From IMG/VR virus record IMGVR_UViG_3300027708_000016: 64,000 bases of DNA. The stretch is one strand, 5' to 3'. Origin of the DNA: a virus (Duplodnaviria > Caudoviricetes). Below the pieces are notes generated by a model. It ran no database searches. It was not told the DNA's origin and saw only the letters and a list, made by a program, of their open reading frames with translations. This document shows, in pieces, positions 58,671 through 64,000 of the stretch (its first letter is position 1; each line of letters opens with the position of its first letter). The position numbers and the translations under genes were made by a program.

Positions 58671-59054
58671 ATGGAAAAGCTAGGTAAAATCAAAACTAAT
58701 AAACTTTATACAAGATGTCTTAATCTAGCCAGAAGAAAACCACCTGAATTTTTTAATTTCAGAAAAATGAGGGGAACTCATGGTATTTGTAATTGGACGG
58801 ATTTGGAATTCAATCCTTCGGGGGAATTACTATCAACTGCATACCACGAATGTATTCATTATCTTGAACCAGATTGGAGTGAAACTCAAGTAATATATGC
58901 AGAATCCAGAGTTAGAAACATTGTCACATACTTGGAACATGCAAGATTTTTAAAATACATATCTATGAAACTTTACAAATCCGAACTCCAAAAGCATATT
59001 CTAAGCAAACCAAAAAAGAAAAAGAAAAAGCTCGCAACAATTAAAAAAAACTAA
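58671..59054 (+). CDS. Hypothetical protein with HExxH motif (possible metallopeptidase)
   Basis: HGICNW...STAYHECIHY; basic C-terminus. Confidence 0.5.
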   Translation: MEKLGKIKTNKLYTRCLNLARRKPPEFFNFRKMRGTHGICNWTDLEFNPSGELLSTAYHECIHYLEPDWSETQVIYAESRVRNIVTYLEHARFLKYISMKLYKSELQKHILSKPKKKKKKLATIKKN

Positions 59055-59075
59055 TACACTTACTAAGTAAACTTT

Positions 59076-60047
59076 ATGATATTCGAAGAACAAATAAGCC
59101 GCAAACCTAACAACTATCCTTGGACAGAAGAATTTATCGAAGCAATGCACAATGGCTTCTGGACAGATAAAGAATTTAATTTTAAATCAGATGTTCAGCA
59201 GTTCAAAGTAAATTTGAATGATCAAGAAAGAGAAATTATCATTCGTACTCTTTCTGCAATTGGACAAATTGAAATCGCAGTTAAAACATTTTGGGCAAAG
59301 CTCGGTGAGAATCTTCCGCATCCATCACTTTCTGATCTTGGTTATGTGATGGCAAACGTAGAAGTTATTCACAATAATGCATACGAAAGATTAATTTCTG
59401 CCCTTGGGTTGGAAGATATTTTTGAAAAGAACCTAAAGCTAGATTGGATCGAAGGGAGAGTGAAATATCTTAGAAAATATACTCACAGATTTTATAAAGA
59501 TTCCAAGAAGCAATATCTATATGCCCTCATTTTATTCACATTATTTGTTGAGAATGTTAGTTTGTTTTCTCAATTCTATGTTATTAATTGGTTTGCTCGT
59601 TTTAAGAACGTTCTTAAAGACACAGATCAACAAGTAAAATATACTCGTAACGAAGAACAGATTCATGGTCTTGTTGGCACTAGAATCATTAATACAATTA
59701 GAGAAGAGTATCCAGAACTTTTTGATGCAGAACTTGAAGAGAAGATTGCACATGAAGCAAAAATGGCTTTTGAATCTGAATCAGAAATTGTAGATTGGAT
59801 GGTTAATGGAATTAAGGAAGAAAACTTAACTGCTCCAATTCTTAAAGAATTTATCAAGAATCGTATTAATGATTCTCTCATTCAAATTAAATTCAAGCCT
59901 GTATTTGATGTTGATAAGGAAATTCTTAAGAAGACAATGTGGTTTCAAGAAGAACTTCTTGGAAATACGATGACTGACTTTTTTTTCCAAAAGCCAACCG
60001 AATACGCAAAAAAAGATCAGTGTTTTGATGAATCTGAATTATTTTAA
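59076..60047 (+). CDS. nrdB: Ribonucleotide reductase class I beta subunit
   Basis: FWTDKEF..DV, QIEIAV, EVIHNNAY, FVENVSLFSQF, RNEEQIH, DFF C-terminus. Confidence 0.93.
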   Translation: MIFEEQISRKPNNYPWTEEFIEAMHNGFWTDKEFNFKSDVQQFKVNLNDQEREIIIRTLSAIGQIEIAVKTFWAKLGENLPHPSLSDLGYVMANVEVIHNNAYERLISALGLEDIFEKNLKLDWIEGRVKYLRKYTHRFYKDSKKQYLYALILFTLFVENVSLFSQFYVINWFARFKNVLKDTDQQVKYTRNEEQIHGLVGTRIINTIREEYPELFDAELEEKIAHEAKMAFESESEIVDWMVNGIKEENLTAPILKEFIKNRINDSLIQIKFKPVFDVDKEILKKTMWFQEELLGNTMTDFFFQKPTEYAKKDQCFDESELF

Positions 60048-60092
60048 GATTGCTATTCATTAGCAATTTGATAAGATAGATATATCAAATTT

Positions 60093-61769
60093 ATGAGTAC
60101 CGAAACGCAGCAAACAGAGATTTATTGGCTTAACAAAGATTCTAGAAAATTCCTTCAAAGAGGTTATTTATTAGAGGATGAAACACCAGAACAAAGAATT
60201 TCTGACATTGCAAAAACAGCACAAAAACTTTTAGTAGAATTTACAGGCGATACAAAGTTTGCAAAAAAGTTTGAGAATTATATGCACAGAGGATTTTATT
60301 CTCTTGCTTCTCCCATTTGGTCAAATTTTGGTCGTAAGAGAGGTCTTCCGATTTCTTGTTTTGGTTCTCATATTCCTGACACAATGGCAGGTATTTTAGA
60401 AAAAGTTGCAGAGGTTGGAATCATGACAAAGAATGGCGGTGGAACATCTGCTTACTTTGGCAATCTTAGGGCAAGAGGTGAGGCAATTTCTTCTGGTGGT
60501 GAATCAACAGGATCAGTACATTTTATGGAGCTTTTTAATAAGCTCATGAGCGTTGTATCGCAAGGTAATGTTCGTAGAGGATCTTTTGCTGCGTATCTTC
60601 CAATTGATCATGGTGACATTGAAGAGTTTTTAAAAATTCGTGGAGAAGGAAACGAGATTCAGGATCTTTCAATCGGTGTTACTATTACCGATGAATGGAT
60701 GAAGTCAATGCTTGATGGTGACAAAGAAAAAAGAAGAATTTGGGGTCTTGTACTCAAGAAAAGATTTGAGTCTGGTTATCCTTATATTTTCTTTACTGAT
60801 AATGTAAACAAGCAAGCACCACAAGTTTATAAAGATAAGAAGATGAAGATTACTCAATCTAATCTTTGCACAGAAATCATGCTTCCTAATAGTGAAGATG
60901 AATCATTTGTTTGTGATCTTTCTTCAATGAATCTTGAAAGATGGGAAGAGTGGAAGGATACTGATGCGGTAGAAACCATGATTTATTTCTTGGATGCAGT
61001 AATGTCAGAATTTATTGGAAAAACATATGGTATGGAGTTTATGGAAGCACCTCGTAAGTTTGCAATCAATCATCGTGCATTAGGTCTTGGTGTTCTTGGC
61101 TGGCATTCTTTATTGCAATCCGAGATGATTGCATTTGAGTCTATGCAAGCAAAAATTCTTAATACAATTATCTGGAGAACTATTCGTGAGAGAGCAGATA
61201 AAGCAACCAAAGAACTTTCTGAATTAATTGGTGAACCAGAACTACTTAAAGGTTATGGTCGTAGGAATACCACAACGCTTGCTGTAGCTCCTACAACGTC
61301 ATCCTCATTCATTTTAGGTCAGGTTAGTCCATCTATCGAACCAAACAATAGTAACTATTATGTTAAGGATCTGGCTAAAGGAAAATTTTCATATAAGAAT
61401 CCTTACCTCAAAAAACTCTTGAAAGAAAAAGGAAAGCATAATGATGAAGTTTGGATGGATATTCTTAAGCATAGTGGATCAGTTCAGCATTTAGATTTCT
61501 TATCTCAAGAAGAGAAAGATGTATTCAAAACTTTTGAAGAAACTTCACAAAAAGAAATTATCATTCAAGCTGCTTCTCGCCAAAAGTATATTGATCAAGG
61601 TCAAAGTTTAAATATGCTTATCCCTGCTGGTACACCACCAAAAGCAGTTAATGAACTTATTATTTTTGCTTGGGAGCAAGGTATTAAATCTCTTTATTAT
61701 CAGAGATCAACTAATCCAGCAAAGGAACTTGCTCGTTCAATTATGACTTGCAAATCCTGCGAAGCATAA
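60093..61769 (+). CDS. nrdA: Ribonucleotide reductase class I alpha subunit (no ATP cone)
   Basis: SLASPIWSN, LPISCF, GGGT, QGNVRRG, QSNLCTEI, VCDLSS, RALGLG, AVAPTTSSS, IDQGQS, KSLYYQRS, C-terminal CKSC. Confidence 0.95.
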   Translation: MSTETQQTEIYWLNKDSRKFLQRGYLLEDETPEQRISDIAKTAQKLLVEFTGDTKFAKKFENYMHRGFYSLASPIWSNFGRKRGLPISCFGSHIPDTMAGILEKVAEVGIMTKNGGGTSAYFGNLRARGEAISSGGESTGSVHFMELFNKLMSVVSQGNVRRGSFAAYLPIDHGDIEEFLKIRGEGNEIQDLSIGVTITDEWMKSMLDGDKEKRRIWGLVLKKRFESGYPYIFFTDNVNKQAPQVYKDKKMKITQSNLCTEIMLPNSEDESFVCDLSSMNLERWEEWKDTDAVETMIYFLDAVMSEFIGKTYGMEFMEAPRKFAINHRALGLGVLGWHSLLQSEMIAFESMQAKILNTIIWRTIRERADKATKELSELIGEPELLKGYGRRNTTTLAVAPTTSSSFILGQVSPSIEPNNSNYYVKDLAKGKFSYKNPYLKKLLKEKGKHNDEVWMDILKHSGSVQHLDFLSQEEKDVFKTFEETSQKEIIIQAASRQKYIDQGQSLNMLIPAGTPPKAVNELIIFAWEQGIKSLYYQRSTNPAKELARSIMTCKSCEA

Positions 61770-61785
61770 GTATATTACAGTTTGT

Positions 61786-62364
61786 ATGAGTCATCTTAAT
61801 AGGACAACCGTGCTCGTGCTTAATCGTAACTGGCAAGCAATCCATGTAAAATCTCCAGCAGAAGCATTATCAATGATGTATACTGATAATGCTACTGGAT
61901 TGGATATTTTAGGCGAGGATAATATGGTTCCTTATCGTTGGAAAGATTGGATTAATTTAACAAAAGATGAAACATCAGAATATGTTTCTACTGTTCGTGG
62001 AGAAATTAAAATACCAAAGGTTATTGTTCTTTGTAAGTTCGACAGAGTACCTCTTAAACGCCCCAAATTCTCTCTAGGAGCCGTTTGGAATAGAGATGAG
62101 GGTATTTGTCAATATACGGGTAAAAAGCTTTCTAAAAACGAAGGTAACGTCGATCATATTATGCCAAGAAGTAGGGGTGGTAAAACTACATGGGATAATT
62201 GTGTTCTTACACATAAGGAAGTCAATGCAAAGAAAGCTGATAGAACACCAGAGGAAGCAGGATTAAAGCTTATTAAAAAGCCCTTAGCTCCAAAGTATAT
62301 GCCATCTTCTCATTATATTAAGAATAAGCACAATATAAAAGAATGGGAATTATTCCTCTCTTGA
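61786..62364 (+). CDS. HNH endonuclease (McrA-like)
   Basis: VLVLNRNWQAI, RDEGICQYTG, NVDHIMPRSRGG...WDNCV...NAKK. Confidence 0.9.
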   Translation: MSHLNRTTVLVLNRNWQAIHVKSPAEALSMMYTDNATGLDILGEDNMVPYRWKDWINLTKDETSEYVSTVRGEIKIPKVIVLCKFDRVPLKRPKFSLGAVWNRDEGICQYTGKKLSKNEGNVDHIMPRSRGGKTTWDNCVLTHKEVNAKKADRTPEEAGLKLIKKPLAPKYMPSSHYIKNKHNIKEWELFLS

Positions 62365-62379
62365 GTGTAAATATTAAAT

Positions 62380-62868
62380 ATGAGAAATAAAGATACAATT
62401 TTATTAGAAGAAGCTTATGAACAAGTCTTAATAGAAGAAAACTGGAAAGGCTTATTAGCTTCAGCAGCAATGGCTTTATCTAATCTATTAGCACCGCAAG
62501 CTAATGCAGCACAAGGACCTAATTTAGTTCAACAAGCAGCTTCAAATATAGAACAAGCTTACACTCAATCTGCTCAAGGTGTTAGCAAAGGTACTAATAA
62601 TGTAACATTCTATGACGCTGCTAAGAAAGATATCAATCAGCAGATATCTCAGAAACTCGGTATACCAGTTGATCAAGTAGAATCTCGTCTCCATAATATA
62701 TATAATTCAGATCCTGAAAAGTATAAAGGTTTGGAATTCTATTTCGGTAATGCGCCTGAGCTTAGAGATAATACTACTGCGTCAGTAAGGAATACTGACG
62801 CAGTAAGGAATACTGACGCAGTAAGCAATACTGATTCTATAGTTAATACAATATCTCAAGGTGGATAA
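62380..62868 (+). CDS. Hypothetical protein with short tandem repeat
   Basis: 162 aa; hydrophobic segment; VRNTDA-VRNTDA-VSNTDS repeat. Confidence 0.6.
   Translation: MRNKDTILLEEAYEQVLIEENWKGLLASAAMALSNLLAPQANAAQGPNLVQQAASNIEQAYTQSAQGVSKGTNNVTFYDAAKKDINQQISQKLGIPVDQVESRLHNIYNSDPEKYKGLEFYFGNAPELRDNTTASVRNTDAVRNTDAVSNTDSIVNTISQGG
62775..62834 (+). repeat. 18-bp tandem repeat (~2.9 copies) overlapping a 13-bp inverted repeat
   Basis: CAGTAAGGAATACTGACG at 62783 and 62801, degenerate copy at 62819; TACTGCGTCAGTA(62775-87)/TACTGACGCAGTA(62793-805). Confidence 0.85.
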
Positions 62869-62873
62869 TTATA

Positions 62874-63245
62874 ATGAACTTTGATATAATTTTAGAAGCA
62901 ATTAAAAAAGACATGGGTGTTGAGGATAAATTTGATGAATTTCTCAACAAACGTAAAGCTGGTGCTGAAAAATTAGAAGCACAGACAAGAAAAAAAGGTG
63001 GTTATTCTTTACTCACTGCCATCCATTATGCTGCTAAAGAAAAACCATACGCTGATGCCTTAAAATGGCAAAACAAGGAAGGTAAAGAAAAACATTTTAA
63101 AGAAAAAGCAGAAGAAATTTATAAGAAATTAGCTGATCTAGATTCGTTAACCCAACGAGAATTTCAAGATCTTATGGGTAGACTAGAAGTATATGGTGAG
63201 GTTTACATTCGTGCTACAAAGCCTAATAGTATTAAGCTTGATTAA
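62874..63245 (+). CDS. Hypothetical protein
   Basis: 123 aa ORF. Confidence 0.6.
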   Translation: MNFDIILEAIKKDMGVEDKFDEFLNKRKAGAEKLEAQTRKKGGYSLLTAIHYAAKEKPYADALKWQNKEGKEKHFKEKAEEIYKKLADLDSLTQREFQDLMGRLEVYGEVYIRATKPNSIKLD

Positions 63246-63271
63246 TTTTTAAAAACATCTATAATATATAG

Positions 63272-63673
63272 ATGACTTGGGAACAATACGCTCTTAAACT
63301 TGCAGAAGTTGCTGCACACAAATCTAAAGATCCTTGGCAAACCGTAGGATGTTGTCTTCTAAGGCATGATAATAGTGTTGCATCGTTAGGTTATAATGGT
63401 TTCCCTGCTGGAATGCAAGAAGATTGGAATGATAGAGATGAACGCAGAAAGTATGTTGTTCATTCAGAGATTAATGCATTAAGATACGTAAAGCCCAATG
63501 AGTGCTATTTAGCGGCAACAACTTTATTACCTTGTAATGATTGTTTAAAATCTCTTGCTGCTTATGGTATCAAAAAAATTGTCTATAAAGACCTTTATAA
63601 ATTTGACCCATCAACTCTTGAACTTGCTAAAAAATTCGGAATTGAATTAATCAATATCGTGACGGTAGACTAA
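63272..63673 (+). CDS. dCMP deaminase
   Basis: SKDP...VGCCL, GYNGFP, HSEINAL, PCNDC; promoter TTGATT-16-TATAAT 6 nt upstream. Confidence 0.9.
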   Translation: MTWEQYALKLAEVAAHKSKDPWQTVGCCLLRHDNSVASLGYNGFPAGMQEDWNDRDERRKYVVHSEINALRYVKPNECYLAATTLLPCNDCLKSLAAYGIKKIVYKDLYKFDPSTLELAKKFGIELINIVTVD

Positions 63674-63697
63674 TACGTTAGCTACCTTATCTGATTT

Positions 63698-63946
63698 TTA
63701 GGCTTTACCTATAAGACTTTTTGCTTTTCTGATAAGGTCAGAAATAAAAGGAATTAAATCCACCACATCACCTTCATCAACTTTTTTTACAGCATCTGTG
63801 ATATTATCAATTGATGTTTCAAGATTGGCAGAATTTGCTGACGGGGTTTCCTCTGGTGGTGTTGGTGTAACTTCGGATGAATTAACTTCGTTTGAAGTAA
63901 CTTCATCATAGGCTTCCATTAAATTAAGGATATCCTTTTTATTCAT
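63698..63946 (-). CDS. Hypothetical protein
   Basis: 82 aa; TAAATA 6 nt upstream; MNKKDILNLMEAY resembles the N-terminus of 62380 (MRNKDTILLEEAY). Confidence 0.55.
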   Translation of the reverse strand: MNKKDILNLMEAYDEVTSNEVNSSEVTPTPPEETPSANSANLETSIDNITDAVKKVDEGDVVDLIPFISDLIRKAKSLIGKA

Positions 63947-64000
63947 ATGGAATATTTACCCACACGAATACCAAAATTAGAAATTTATTTTAAATGTTGT

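Noticed and set aside
1067-59881. Numerous 60-140 aa antisense or overlapping ORFs in the track
   Set aside because: They lie within well-supported genes on another frame or strand and have no motifs
61786-62364. HNH as an intron-encoded or mobile homing element
   Set aside because: It is free-standing after the nrdA stop, does not interrupt a gene and has no flanking repeats; mobility cannot be shown from sequence
62783-62834. Mini CRISPR array
   Set aside because: Units are 18 bp, directly adjacent with no spacers, and in frame within an ORF
1-64000. Stop-codon reassignment (alternative genetic code)
   Set aside because: Core genes are full length under the standard code and end in TAA, TGA and TAG; coding density is high
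1-64000. tRNA/rRNA genes, integrase or host chromosomal flanks
   Set aside because: Intergenic gaps are very short, no cloverleaf or rRNA-like segment was recognised, and all genes fit a lytic T4-like phage

Overview
A very AT-rich 64 kb segment of a large T4-like (contractile-tailed) phage genome; no host, integrase, tRNA or CRISPR features were recognised. It holds the T4-type replication, recombination and transcription core (gp55, gp47, gp46, gp43, UvsX, gp41, gp32, gp45). A mostly minus-strand tail, baseplate and packaging block follows (gp5-like, gp3, gp17, gp53, tape measure, gp26-like, gp19, gp18, gp14), then nucleotide-metabolism and auxiliary genes (dNMP kinase, PhoH, NrdB, NrdA, dCMP deaminase, HNH). 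The most striking feature is a ~15 kb glycan-biosynthesis island between gp47 and gp46. It carries about a dozen glycosyltransferase-like ORFs (GT2, GT25, GT10, GT11, GT47, GT34/GT77-like, GT-B), an FkbM methyltransferase, a sugar-phosphate nucleotidyltransferase, a cupin, a GDPD-like protein and a full-length form IV RuBisCO-like protein (RLP). The RLP keeps the Mg/carbamate site but lacks several carboxylation residues, suggesting a phage-encoded pathway that makes an unusual activated sugar or polyol. Many genes have sigma70-like or TAA(A/G)TA late promoters only 5-10 nt before the ATG with no Shine-Dalgarno, suggesting largely leaderless translation. All family assignments are from motif recognition by eye; no database searches were run.
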